Shown: positions 9,332 through 19,439, counted from the stretch's first letter. The stretch is 32,000 nt of DNA from Collibacillus ludicampi (GCF_023705585.1 NZ_BOQE01000001.1:2418710-2450709); one strand, 5' to 3'. The notes: generated from the sequence alone by a model not told the origin. A program made the numbers and translations.

Positions 9332-9340
9332 CCAGACTTT

Positions 9341-9385
9341 AGACAAAACTCCCTCTATTTTTGTGGCAACGAGGGAGTTTTGTCT
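9341..9385. terminator. Terminator between convergent hpaD and gntR
   Basis: AGACAAAACTCCCTC (9341-9355) / GAGGGAGTTTTGTCT (9371-9385), perfect 15-bp stem. Confidence 0.8.
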
Positions 9386-9445
9386 GCAATCTGAAACACC
9401 CCCAAGGGGGTATTCTTTTTAAGGGGAACTTAGCCAATACGTTTT

Positions 9446-10126
9446 TCAATCATTTTCACTTTCCGATTCATTCCCCATCTTTTTTTGGAATGCCTTTGCA
9501 GTAGCCATAAAATGTTTCCTTACTAGCTCTTCGATTTCCCTTGAAGGGGCTTTTTCCTTAATCATTTGTATGATAAGGGCATGTTCCCCAATGGATTCCC
9601 GAGCACGATGAGGTACATAGGAAAAACCATATTGACGAAATCGCGGCATGAGTTCCCAAGTAGACTGAATCCTTTCTATGAGTAAAGCATTACCGCTATG
9701 TTCAACAATAATCCCATGAAATCTACGATTTAAAATTCCAAATTGATCAAGTTCAAAATGAAAAAGAGCCTCCTTCATTTCTTCATTCATCTGCTCGAGA
9801 AGTTTAATGGATTCTTCCGTGATGGATCGGGAGCTCAGAGCGGTTGCAAACCCCTCTAAGACTGCTAATACCGATAAATTATCCAAATATTCAGACTCAT
9901 TTACGGTACTCACAATTGCTCCACTGTACGGTTTATACTGAATCAAGCCGTCGGCTTCTAATTGACGAATCGCCTCCCTTACGGGAATGGGACTTAATTG
10001 TAGTTCTTTAGCAATCTGATCAATAACAATGCGATGACCTGGTCCATAGATTCCGTCTAGAATGCGCGAACGTAGAATTTCATAGGCATATTGCTTTTTA
10101 CTAATGATGTTCTTTTTCTTTTCCAT
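9446..10126 (-). CDS. GntR-family (FadR/FCD subfamily) transcriptional regulator, probable hpa regulator
   Basis: ILDGIYGPGHRIVIDQIAKELQLSPIPVREAIRQLEADGLIQYKPYSGAIV followed by an FCD-type helical domain (ALIIDMIKEK-type residues, HRARESIGEHALIIQMI). Confidence 0.87.
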   Translation of the reverse strand: MEKKKNIISKKQYAYEILRSRILDGIYGPGHRIVIDQIAKELQLSPIPVREAIRQLEADGLIQYKPYSGAIVSTVNESEYLDNLSVLAVLEGFATALSSRSITEESIKLLEQMNEEMKEALFHFELDQFGILNRRFHGIIVEHSGNALLIERIQSTWELMPRFRQYGFSYVPHRARESIGEHALIIQMIKEKAPSREIEELVRKHFMATAKAFQKKMGNESESEND

Positions 10127-10161
10127 GACTGAATCATATATTAAATCATTTATGATATCAA
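10126..10161 (-). promoter_or_regulatory. Candidate gntR promoter/operator
   Basis: On the minus strand: TTGATA (10161-10156), 17-nt spacer, TATGAT (10138-10133), 6 nt, ATG. Spacer contains ATCATAAATGAT. Confidence 0.5.
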
Positions 10162-10272
10162 GTGGTTTATAAACAAGTACATCAGCTTAATAAGATGCAA
10201 ATCAATTCATTGGTGCAGGAATATATGTTCGCATGACGAATGATTAGGTTAAAGATAAGAGGTGAGAAAAAT

Positions 10273-11544
10273 ATGGGAGTCGCATTTCGCTTTGTTCATA
10301 CAGCGGATTTGCACTTGGACAGTCCGTTTATAGGAATCGGGCAATCCTCCCCCGTCATTCAAGAAAGATTACGGGAGGCAACATTCGCGGCGTTTCACCG
10401 CATCGTCGATCTGTGCATTCGTGAAAACGTTGATTTTTTAACGATCGGCGGGGATGTGTTCGACGGAGCTAACCGCAGTTTGCGAGCACAAGTGCGCTTT
10501 CGTGATGAACTGAAGCGTCTGGGTGAGGCGGGTATACGCTCATTCGTTATTCACGGGAACCATGACCATCAAGGTGGGGAACGGATACGTCTGGAGTGGC
10601 CCGAGTTTGTGCACATCTTCTCCGCCCAATCGGTGGAAGCCGTTCCGGTCTTTCGTGAGGGACAGGAAATCGCGCGCATCTATGGGATCAGCTATCCGCA
10701 CGCGGAGGTTACGGAAAATTTGGCAAAACGGTTTAAAAGGGATGCGGACGCACCTTACGCGATCGCGCTTTTGCATACAAACGTGGGGAGCGAAAATGAA
10801 CATGCCAATTACGCCCCCTGTACGCTCAGTGATTTGAAAAAATCGGGGTTTGATTTTTGGGGACTTGGTCATATTCATAAACGCGCTTTGTTGCACGAGG
10901 AACATCCAGTCATTCTTTATCCGGGCAATCCCCAGGGACGCCATCCGAATGAAACGGGGGCACGTGGATGTTATCTGGTCGAGGTAGACGAGAATGGCCA
11001 TACGGTCTGCACGTTTCATGAGACGGACGACGTCCGCTGGGTCATTGAGGAAATCACGATCGACGGACTGACAAGGGAAGAGGAATTGTACGCTCGATTA
11101 TTGGAACAAATGGATACGGTTTATCGACAACACCGGGGGCGTACCGTGATCGTGCGCATACTGCTCAAGGGTCGGGGGCCCCTCCATTCTTACGTCAAAG
11201 TACGAGACATGAGGGAAGACCTTCTCGCAGCATTACGCGAAAACGCCCCGGTCGATGAGGATACATACATTTTCTGTGAATCGATTCAAACCCGAACAAA
11301 ACCTCTCATCGATAAAGAGATCTTTCGCAATGATCCAGGTCTGCTTGGAGATGTTCTGGCATTGGCTGAATCTTGTCGCACGGAGGAAGGAAGACTTGAT
11401 TTCTTGAGGAAAGCGATTCAACCTCTCTTCGAATCGGCTTCGGCGAGGCAGGTACTGGAACAACCAAGCGATGAAGAACTTCTTCAGTGGTTAGCGGAGG
11501 CTGAAGATGTATTATTGGAACTGTTAGGGAAGGAAGAGGATTAA
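10273..11544 (+). CDS. yhaO: DNA repair exonuclease, SbcD/YhaO-like metallophosphoesterase
   Basis: FVHTADLHLDSPF, GGDVFDGANRS, IHGNHDHQGG, GLGHIHKR, YPGNPQGRHPNETG. Start chosen at ATG 10273 behind AGGTGAG. Confidence 0.88.
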   Translation: MGVAFRFVHTADLHLDSPFIGIGQSSPVIQERLREATFAAFHRIVDLCIRENVDFLTIGGDVFDGANRSLRAQVRFRDELKRLGEAGIRSFVIHGNHDHQGGERIRLEWPEFVHIFSAQSVEAVPVFREGQEIARIYGISYPHAEVTENLAKRFKRDADAPYAIALLHTNVGSENEHANYAPCTLSDLKKSGFDFWGLGHIHKRALLHEEHPVILYPGNPQGRHPNETGARGCYLVEVDENGHTVCTFHETDDVRWVIEEITIDGLTREEELYARLLEQMDTVYRQHRGRTVIVRILLKGRGPLHSYVKVRDMREDLLAALRENAPVDEDTYIFCESIQTRTKPLIDKEIFRNDPGLLGDVLALAESCRTEEGRLDFLRKAIQPLFESASARQVLEQPSDEELLQWLAEAEDVLLELLGKEED

Positions 11545-14500
11545 TGCGAATCATCGATTTGCACATTGACGGATTCGGCCATTTTCAAAATCTGCGAGTG
11601 GAACTGTCTCCCGGGTTCATGGTGATCGAAGGACCGAATGAGGCGGGAAAAAGTACATTGCTCGCTTTCATCCGCGGACTTTTGTTCGGTTTGGACAAAT
11701 CGCTCGTACGCCGGTACGAACCGCTTGGAGGCAAATCTTATGGTGGAAGGATGAGGGTTTGCGACCACAACGGACACACCTATACATTGGAAAGAACATT
11801 CGGCCGCAAAGGGGAACCGGTCATCTACCTTCCGGATGGAACACGCGAGGGAAAATCTTTTCTTCCCATACTGACGGGTCCCATTCATTCCTCTGTCTTT
11901 TACAACGTGTTTGCTTTCGGACTCAACGAATTAGAAAAGCTGGAAAGCCTGCAGCATCAAGAGATCCATGAGAGGATATACAGCACAGGTATGGGGCTAA
12001 GTTCGGTCTCACTCGCGGATCTTTTTCGCTACCTGGAAGGAGAGATGGAGAAAAGATACAAACCTCGGGGCAGTACGCAAGTGATTGCCGAATCATTGCG
12101 CACATTAAAAGAATTGCAGAAGAAAATCAGAAGCTATCAAGATTTACCAGAATCGTATAACCGATTGCAAGAGGAATGGCGCGAGATTGAAATACAATTG
12201 TCCCGGCTTGAGAGAGAAAGAAAAGAGAAAGAAGAAAGCATCGCGCACGCAAAGATTTTGCTAGAATTGCGACGCGTGCTGGATGAACGAAACGAAATCG
12301 TTGCGCGTCTCCACTCGTTGCCGCAAACCGGTCGTTTTCCCGCCGACGGACTTACACGTTTGGAGCAGATTGAACAAAGGGAAGCGGAACTACGTGTGGA
12401 GGAACTTCACTTACAAGAAGAACGGCGTGAGTGGAATAGCAAATGGGACAAACTTGCTTCCCCATCCGTTTTTCTGGCGCACGAGAGGGATTATCTCCGC
12501 CTCCGTTCCCTGCGCGAATCCCTGGCAGCCGATCTCAATGAACGTGCTGCCAAGGAAGAATCTCTCGCGATGATGAATCGCGAATTGCATGTACTTCTTG
12601 ACAAGCTAGGTGATCGACGTTCTCTCGATTGGATTGAGCGACTGGATACATCGCTGCCGCAGCGGGAGTGGATTCGCATCCAGGAAAAGCTGCTGTCAAC
12701 TGCAGAACAGGTAGTTAAGGACGTATCTGAACGTTATGAACGGGCCAAAGAAGAATATGATCAAATACAAAACGAATATACGGAAAAGCTGAATGAAATC
12801 CGTGCTTTTGAGTCTTCCTCCCCCTACACGAAAGAGCAGATCGAAGAAAGGGAACTCCTCTTGCAAAGAGTCAGCGAACTGCGACAGGATATTACGATGT
12901 TGCAAAAGGATGAAGCGCAATTGTGTCGTTCACGGGAGGAGCGGACGAAGACACTTGCTCTTTTGATGAACAATGGGAAGGAAACAAGTTCCGCGTATCG
13001 TTGGATCGGTATAGGCCTGACGTTTGTGGGAGTGTTTAGCATTCTCTTGGCCTGGTGGTTTTCCGTTTCAGTCGTTGCTGGACTGGGAATCGGAGCGATT
13101 GCAGGCGGAGGATTGATCTTCTTCTTGAAACGAAAAGGTGAAGAACAATCATCTCCCCGGCAGTTTATATCGGAGACACAGAAGGAATTAGAGCGACTGG
13201 ACCAGGAGATCGCCCACATACGAACGATTCTGGAGGAGAAAAGAGATGAAGCGCGGGACTGTGTGTACAGACTGACAGGTGAAAATCAGCTATCGGAAGA
13301 GAAAATGAAATTCCTTTTTAAGGAAATTAAAGAATTACGTGCAGCCTGGGCGCAACTGAATTGGAGAAAAGCGGCACTCGACGATTTGACAAAAAAGAAG
13401 CTGCAATGTGAGCAGAGGATCCGCTCACTTGCAACTTTATTGGAAAAAGAACAGAGGGAACGGGACAAACGATTCGCTGAATGGGACGCATGGCTGACGG
13501 AGCAAGGGTTGCCCCCGGGGCTGACGGCGATCAGCGTATTGGAAGTGTTTCATGTGATCGAACAAGCCCAACAGCTCGTGAAGCGGAAGCAAGAAGTGAG
13601 CAAAATTCTGAAAGAAATAAACGCGAGGATCAAGGAGACAAGGGATCTTTTGCAAACGTTTCTTGAAAATATAGGAAGAGCACCTATCGATGAAGGGCAG
13701 GAACTCGTTACTTTCGATTCTTTAGAGCAAGAGTATGTGCAGGCAAGTAAGAATGAACAAGAGAGAACACATCTTCTCACTGAATGGGAGAAGTTGGAGA
13801 AAAGGTTGCACATTTGGGAAAAGCAAATGAATGATCTGCGAGAAAAAAAAGAGAAGCTGTTCGGAGTGGCGGGTGTGAAGGATGAAGAATCGTTTCGAAG
13901 GTGCGCCCAACTATGGGCAGAGAGATGTTCACTAGAAAAAGAGTTGACGATCATTGATGCGCGACTAGAAACGATTGCGGGGTCAAAAGCACGATTAGAA
14001 AAACTTTTGCCATCATGCATGGAAGACGAGATCATGACGCTTCAGTCCCGGATTGCCAAGTGGGAAGAAGTAATCGAAAATGAACGGATCATGGTTTCGC
14101 AGTTGCAACAACGCAAGGGGGAGTTAAAACAACAGAGAGAAGAGATGGAAAACAGCCATGAATTAGCCGATTTGCGACTGCAAGTCCAACAATACAAAGA
14201 AAAAGTGAGAGTGGAGGCACACGAGTGGGCGGTCTTTGCGATTGCCAGAGCTCTTTTACAAGAAGCGAAAGAACGTTATGAGCGGGAAAAGCAGCCTTCC
14301 GTGTTGCGCAAAGCGTCTGTCGCATTTCAGACGATCACGCAGGGGCAATTTCGACACATCTGGAGCCCTTATCATGAGCAACAGCAGATCGAGGTGGAGA
14401 CGGCGGAGGGAAGGCGTCTGGAATTGCAAATGTTAAGCAGGGGTACGGCCGAACAATTGTATCTCTCGATGCGGATTGCCCTCATTCAAGAGATGGCGGA

Positions 14501-14717
14501 ACAGGGAATCGAACTGCCTGTTGTCATGGATGATATATTTGTCAACTTTGATCCGATGCGTCTCCGCTCATCGCTCGCTGCATTGCGTGAATTGGCGAAA
14601 ACGCATCAAATCCTGTTTTTTACTTGCCATCCGCATATGGCTTCTCAAATGGTGCAGGAGATCCCTGGGGCTTCGCGCCTTTGTCTTGAAGACCGTCAAT
14701 TGACCCCCGCACGGTAA
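11544..14717 (+). CDS. yhaN: SMC/Rad50-like AAA ATPase, YhaN-like
   Basis: Walker A EGPNEAGKSTLLAFIRGLLFG, long coiled coils, C-terminal LSRGTAEQLYLSMRIAL...ELPVVMDDIFVNFD; 1-nt TAATG overlap with yhaO-like gene. Confidence 0.87.
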   Translation: MRIIDLHIDGFGHFQNLRVELSPGFMVIEGPNEAGKSTLLAFIRGLLFGLDKSLVRRYEPLGGKSYGGRMRVCDHNGHTYTLERTFGRKGEPVIYLPDGTREGKSFLPILTGPIHSSVFYNVFAFGLNELEKLESLQHQEIHERIYSTGMGLSSVSLADLFRYLEGEMEKRYKPRGSTQVIAESLRTLKELQKKIRSYQDLPESYNRLQEEWREIEIQLSRLERERKEKEESIAHAKILLELRRVLDERNEIVARLHSLPQTGRFPADGLTRLEQIEQREAELRVEELHLQEERREWNSKWDKLASPSVFLAHERDYLRLRSLRESLAADLNERAAKEESLAMMNRELHVLLDKLGDRRSLDWIERLDTSLPQREWIRIQEKLLSTAEQVVKDVSERYERAKEEYDQIQNEYTEKLNEIRAFESSSPYTKEQIEERELLLQRVSELRQDITMLQKDEAQLCRSREERTKTLALLMNNGKETSSAYRWIGIGLTFVGVFSILLAWWFSVSVVAGLGIGAIAGGGLIFFLKRKGEEQSSPRQFISETQKELERLDQEIAHIRTILEEKRDEARDCVYRLTGENQLSEEKMKFLFKEIKELRAAWAQLNWRKAALDDLTKKKLQCEQRIRSLATLLEKEQRERDKRFAEWDAWLTEQGLPPGLTAISVLEVFHVIEQAQQLVKRKQEVSKILKEINARIKETRDLLQTFLENIGRAPIDEGQELVTFDSLEQEYVQASKNEQERTHLLTEWEKLEKRLHIWEKQMNDLREKKEKLFGVAGVKDEESFRRCAQLWAERCSLEKELTIIDARLETIAGSKARLEKLLPSCMEDEIMTLQSRIAKWEEVIENERIMVSQLQQRKGELKQQREEMENSHELADLRLQVQQYKEKVRVEAHEWAVFAIARALLQEAKERYEREKQPSVLRKASVAFQTITQGQFRHIWSPYHEQQQIEVETAEGRRLELQMLSRGTAEQLYLSMRIALIQEMAEQGIELPVVMDDIFVNFDPMRLRSSLAALRELAKTHQILFFTCHPHMASQMVQEIPGASRLCLEDRQLTPAR

Positions 14718-14752
14718 GAATGTTATTTAACTGCTTGCATGCGATAAAAATC

Positions 14753-14785
14753 AAAACCCTCGGCTTCTCTTGGGCCGAGGGTTTT
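14753..14785. terminator. Bidirectional terminator between convergent genes
   Basis: AAAACCCTCGGC (14753-14764) / GCCGAGGGTTTT (14774-14785). Confidence 0.8.
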
Positions 14786-14813
14786 TGAGGACAGCTTCAC
14801 GTAACGGCTTCGC

Positions 14814-16808
14814 TCAAAGATCATTTGATTTTTTTGTTGTTTTTTCCTTTTCTTTCTCCTTCTCCTTGTTTTTATCTTGAGCCGTTTTCGCTTGATCCTT
14901 CTTGGGCTCTGTCTCTTGTTGCGGTGGTTTGATATAAGGAGTAGGACCGGTTGCGAAAGATTCCGGAGGGAGGTCGGCTTCAACGCGGCTGATCACTTCG
15001 CGGAAGAGACGAGCCGGAATCTCACTTCCCCCGCGGTTTAAATAATGATCGATATCTGTATGATCAAACCCCATCCAGACCGAAGCGAGATAACGCGGTG
15101 TATATCCGACAAACCATGCATCTTTGTTGCCTGATTCCGTTTCGATCATCTCTGTCGTTCCCGTCTTGCCGGCAACAGGGCGGCCGGGAATACGCGCATT
15201 CGTTCCTGTTCCTTCATTCACAACGACTTGTAATAATGAAGTCATTGCGTCAGCCGTCGATTCTTTCATTACCTGTACAGGTTCCGGCTTGTTTTCATAA
15301 AGAGTTTTATCGTCATCCGTTGATATTCGCTCAATCACATGTGCAGGGATACGGACTCCTTTATTATCGAAGGCGCTGTACGCATCTGCCATTTCTATAG
15401 GGGAAACGCCTTGTGTCATACCTCCGATGGCGAGTGCCAGTCCCGTATCCCATTCATGAAAATGAATGCCTGCCCGTTCCGCGAACGCTTTGCCTGTTTC
15501 CACGCCGATCTGGTTTAGGAGAGAAACGGCAGGTATATTCCATGACATGCGTATGGCGTCTCGCATCGTGACTTGGCCTCGTTCCTTCCGATCCCAATCT
15601 TGGGGCGTATATCCGCCAAAGCTAATCCTTCTATCGTTTAGAATGGATGCCGCATTGTAACGTCCAGTGTCGATCGCCGGTCCGTAGACCATCAGAGGCT
15701 TAAAGGATGAGCCCGGTTGCCTCTTAATTTGATATGCACGGTTTAAACCAAGAAATTCGTGAGGACCGCGACCGCCCATGATTGCCAAGATAGAACCAGT
15801 CTTCGGGTCTTCCACTACCATTCCCGCTTGCACAGGCGTGCCATCCGCGGCGTTCGGATGAAAGTTGTTCGGATCCTGAAACGCTTTCTCCATAATGTTC
15901 TGAATGCCAGGGTCAAAATCCGTGTAGATTTTGTAACCCCCTTTAAATAGGTTTTCTTCGGGCATGTGCAAACGTTGTGCGGCCTCATACAAAACGTACT
16001 CCACATAATAAGGGGCGTTTGGTGCAGGCGGTTTTGGTTTTTCTTTCAATACATATAACGGTGCCTGTTTCGCTTGATCGCGCATGACAGGAGTTATGTA
16101 ACCGTTACGAGCCATCGCATCAAGTACGAGATTACGCCTTTTCAACGCCATATCCGGATGGACGAAAGGATTGTAGTCGGTAGGAGCTTGCGGCAATCCC
16201 GCCAAGAGTGCACATTTGGCCAGGCGTTCAAGGGGCGGATCTTTCTTCATATCCTCGATACTTTGGCCAAAATAGGTTTTTGAAGCCGCTTGGATTCCTG
16301 TTGACTCAGCGCCGAAGAAGACATGATTGAGATACAACGCAAGGATTTGCTCTTTGGTATACCTTTTTTCCAAATCGGCTGCCAGAGAAAGTTCTCTGAC
16401 CTTTCGTTCATACGTGCGGTCGGAACTCAGATACACGCCTTTCACTAACTGCTGGGTAATCGTACTCGCGCCTTCGACTGTTTCTCCATGGCTAAAATTA
16501 CGATACGCGGCTCGTAAAATGCCTTGGATATCAAATCCTTTATGCTCATAAAAATTCTTGTCTTCAATTGCAATCAAAGCTTGTTGCAACTCAACGGGAA
16601 CGGAACTTAAAGGCACCGGTTCCGCCTGGTTTGGTTGAATCTCGGCGATCACCTTCTTATTGCGGTCATAAATGATCGTCGAGATCCGCTTCTGAACCAG
16701 CTTGTTGGGATCAAGCGGCGGAATCGAAATCGCGGCTTTTACAGCATAAGTAGCAGAAGCTGAAAGAACGACAGCGATTCCGATGCTGAATGCAAACCGC
16801 TTCCACAT
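14814..16808 (-). CDS. Class A penicillin-binding protein (transglycosylase/transpeptidase, PBP1A-like)
   Basis: AIEDKNFYEHKGFDIQGILRAAYRN, GASTITQQL, RQPGSSFKPLMVYGPAID, KTGTTE; Lys/Glu-rich tail. Start placed at MWKRF (16808) behind a GGGGG-type RBS. Confidence 0.9.
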   Translation of the reverse strand: MWKRFAFSIGIAVVLSASATYAVKAAISIPPLDPNKLVQKRISTIIYDRNKKVIAEIQPNQAEPVPLSSVPVELQQALIAIEDKNFYEHKGFDIQGILRAAYRNFSHGETVEGASTITQQLVKGVYLSSDRTYERKVRELSLAADLEKRYTKEQILALYLNHVFFGAESTGIQAASKTYFGQSIEDMKKDPPLERLAKCALLAGLPQAPTDYNPFVHPDMALKRRNLVLDAMARNGYITPVMRDQAKQAPLYVLKEKPKPPAPNAPYYVEYVLYEAAQRLHMPEENLFKGGYKIYTDFDPGIQNIMEKAFQDPNNFHPNAADGTPVQAGMVVEDPKTGSILAIMGGRGPHEFLGLNRAYQIKRQPGSSFKPLMVYGPAIDTGRYNAASILNDRRISFGGYTPQDWDRKERGQVTMRDAIRMSWNIPAVSLLNQIGVETGKAFAERAGIHFHEWDTGLALAIGGMTQGVSPIEMADAYSAFDNKGVRIPAHVIERISTDDDKTLYENKPEPVQVMKESTADAMTSLLQVVVNEGTGTNARIPGRPVAGKTGTTEMIETESGNKDAWFVGYTPRYLASVWMGFDHTDIDHYLNRGGSEIPARLFREVISRVEADLPPESFATGPTPYIKPPQQETEPKKDQAKTAQDKNKEKEKEKEKTTKKSNDL

Positions 16809-17042
16809 GAAACACACGCCCCCTTCTATGAAGTCGTATGGAAGTTTTTGTGCTTCATTCTCGATATACAATTCCAGTCTATGTATCCCTCTGGAAAACT
16901 AGGTCTGAAAATTTGTTAATACAAGTATAATCGAAAGAGTTATACCTGTCATGAAACGGAAGTCCCTTTTTAAGCCCTCCGATCTCCTTCTCTTTGGCTC
17001 GCTAAAATATGTATCGATTGAATCTTTTCTCAGCATAGAAAA

Positions 17043-17071
17043 AGGCATGCTTGTCATGAAACAGCATGCCT
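17043..17071 (-). terminator. Probable terminator downstream of the CoA-transferase
   Basis: AGGCATGCT (17043-17051) / AGCATGCCT (17063-17071), perfect 9 bp; purine/pyrimidine tract weak. Confidence 0.5.
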
Positions 17072-17124
17072 ATATATAGAAAGTGGGAGATTGCCATTTT
17101 AGGGAATTTCACGATGGTCGAACG

Positions 17125-18639
17125 CTAGATTTTTACAGGTTCTTTTTCACACATGGTTCCTTCTTTTGCATAGCGAATATGCCAGGAAAATGCTTCTTCC
17201 AATATATGAGGTGTTTGACCGCCGCGTTTACATGCGGCGATGAAATAATCGTTTAAAGCATCTCGGTAGATCGGATGTACACAGTTATTGATAATGGCCC
17301 GCGCCCGTTCCCGTGGTGCCAAGCCACGAAGATCCGCGAGACCTTGTTCCGTTACGACGATATCCACGTCATGTTCCGTATGGTCAACATGTGCGACCAT
17401 CGGTACGACGCTGGAGATCGCTCCGCCCTTCGCAGTTGATGGGGTTACAAAAATACCCAGCATTGCATTTCGGGCAAAGTCGCCAGATCCCCCGATACCG
17501 TTCATCATACGGGTCCCCAACACGTGTGTTGAATTGACATTCCCGTAGATATCAAATTCTAATGCTGTATTCATACAGATTAAGCCAAGACGACGAATCA
17601 ACTCAGGATGATTCGTAATCTCTTGCGGACGAAGAATCAGCTTGTCTTTGTAACGGTCAATATTTGGAATGACATCCGCTGCACGTTTCGGCGATAAGGT
17701 AATCGAACACGCAGATGCAAACGAAACCTTGCCCGCATCGATAAGATCGAAAACGGCATCTTGCAGCACTTCGGAATAAACCTGTAAATTCGTGAATTCA
17801 GATTCCAAAAATCCATGAAAGACCGCATTGGCTACAGAGCCGATCCCCGATTGAAGAGGGGTTAGATTTTTAGGGAGACGACCCACTTTTATTTCATGCC
17901 GGAAAAAGTCCAGAAGGTGACCTGCGATTTGTTTGGTTTCCATATCGGGTTCGGTGATCGGTGACGTATGGTCAAGTTTTTCGGAAATAACGACAGCTTT
18001 CACTTTTTCCGGATCGACCGGGATATACGGCGTACCGATACGTTGATCGACTCTCGTTAAAGGAATGGGTTGGCGATTGCCGCGTGCTCCCGGATCATAG
18101 ATATCGTGAATGCCGACCAATCCTAACGGTTGGGCGATATTGAGTTCAATGATGATCTCTTTCGCGAATTTGGCGAAAATGGCAGAGTTCCCTACGGAGG
18201 TGGTGGGTACAATCCCTCCTTCTTCCGTAATGGCAACCGCTTCTATAATCGCTACATCGATAGAGGGCAAGTAACCGCTTCTGACGAGTTCCGCTGTATG
18301 GGATAAATGCTGATCGATAAAAAGAATATCACCGCTGTTAATTTTGCTGCGCAATTGTTTATCCGCTTGAAACGGTAAACGTTTGTGAATGAGATTCGCT
18401 TCGGCGAGGACGCCATCCACTTCATCACCGATGGATGCTCCGGTAAAAAGATTGATCTTGAACGGACGTTCGGAAGATTTTACGCGTTCGGCTAATGCAA
18501 TCGGGACGACTTTTGCATCACCTGAACGCGTGAAGCCGCTCAGTCCGATAGTCATACCGTCTTTTATCAAAAGAGAAGCTTCTTCAGCCGATACAATTTT
18601 ATTTAAGAACGATTGATTGCGAATTCTTTGCTCGTACAT
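17125..18639 (-). CDS. Acetyl-CoA hydrolase / succinyl-CoA:acetate CoA-transferase family protein
   Basis: SKTI-like glycine-rich start (GMTIGLSGFTRSGDAKVVPIALAER), GIGSVANAV, GIGGSGDFARNA, VTEQGLADLRGLAPRERA. GAGGTG RBS supports ATG 18639. Confidence 0.87.
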   Translation of the reverse strand: MYEQRIRNQSFLNKIVSAEEASLLIKDGMTIGLSGFTRSGDAKVVPIALAERVKSSERPFKINLFTGASIGDEVDGVLAEANLIHKRLPFQADKQLRSKINSGDILFIDQHLSHTAELVRSGYLPSIDVAIIEAVAITEEGGIVPTTSVGNSAIFAKFAKEIIIELNIAQPLGLVGIHDIYDPGARGNRQPIPLTRVDQRIGTPYIPVDPEKVKAVVISEKLDHTSPITEPDMETKQIAGHLLDFFRHEIKVGRLPKNLTPLQSGIGSVANAVFHGFLESEFTNLQVYSEVLQDAVFDLIDAGKVSFASACSITLSPKRAADVIPNIDRYKDKLILRPQEITNHPELIRRLGLICMNTALEFDIYGNVNSTHVLGTRMMNGIGGSGDFARNAMLGIFVTPSTAKGGAISSVVPMVAHVDHTEHDVDIVVTEQGLADLRGLAPRERARAIINNCVHPIYRDALNDYFIAACKRGGQTPHILEEAFSWHIRYAKEGTMCEKEPVKI

Positions 18640-18764
18640 ATCGTTCACCTCGTGGGCAGATGATAGCGTTTGCAGAAAGAGTAACATAATTTTTAGACTT
18701 TTACCCATCGATGACGATAAACGACAATTTTTGCTGATAAAACAGAAAAAATGAGGTTGAGTGT

Positions 18765-19439
18765 TCAGAAACCAAGTGCGCGGCGAAAAGCACTCGCATA
18801 TTTCTGGCTAACAGGGATACGGGTCTGGTTTTTGTCTTTCATGAGAAGGAGGAAGGTGGAATGAAAATCCCGGTGTATTTCTTGGATATAAGACACATTT
18901 ACAAGGAATGCACGGTGGCAACGAACGAAAAGATGGGGTGGCAGACTCCATTCTAATTCTTGTAAGGTGCGTCGGATACGATATTTTTCGAGCTTCGTGT
19001 ACATATACGTCTGTCCTTCTTCACTCGTGAAAAAAGCCACTTGCTCGTAATGCACGGGCACAAATCGATCTTCCGTTTGCCCTATTAGAAACTCATTTCT
19101 CGGCAACGGTTGAAACAGATTTGCTTGTTCAGGGGGAAGGATCAATGTGACGGAACCGATCGGTTTCCCCTGATCGTCAAATATGGGCGTCCCCAGTCCG
19201 AAATAAGGAACGCCAAAAACGTTTGCAGGCACATAGTTCATGACTTTTTGTTTTTCGAGCAGTGCTTGTTGTGCGATGGATCCTTTTTTCAAGTGTTCAC
19301 CGGGGGATATTTTCAAGTCGATCGATTTGCTAGGTTTATAGATCAAATAATGTTGACGGTCGGAAATTGCAATCGACGTTTCGTATGGAAAGAATTCACG
19401 GAACGATTGAATCAACGAATCAATAAGTTTCGATTCCAC
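18765..19439 (-). CDS. LytTR-type DNA-binding regulator with N-terminal PAS/GAF-like sensor region
   Basis: C-terminus YRIRRTLQELEWSLPPHLFVRCHRAFLVNVSYIQEIHRDFHSTFLLLMKDKNQTRIPVSQKYASAFRRALG is a LytTR domain; no REC aspartate motifs visible. Confidence 0.78.
   Translation of the reverse strand: MESKLIDSLIQSFREFFPYETSIAISDRQHYLIYKPSKSIDLKISPGEHLKKGSIAQQALLEKQKVMNYVPANVFGVPYFGLGTPIFDDQGKPIGSVTLILPPEQANLFQPLPRNEFLIGQTEDRFVPVHYEQVAFFTSEEGQTYMYTKLEKYRIRRTLQELEWSLPPHLFVRCHRAFLVNVSYIQEIHRDFHSTFLLLMKDKNQTRIPVSQKYASAFRRALGF

Noticed and set aside
11541-11888. Minus-strand ORFs within yhaN and yhaO-like genes
   Set aside because: Antisense byproducts of GC-skewed codon usage; the plus-strand genes have clear Walker and metallophosphoesterase motifs.
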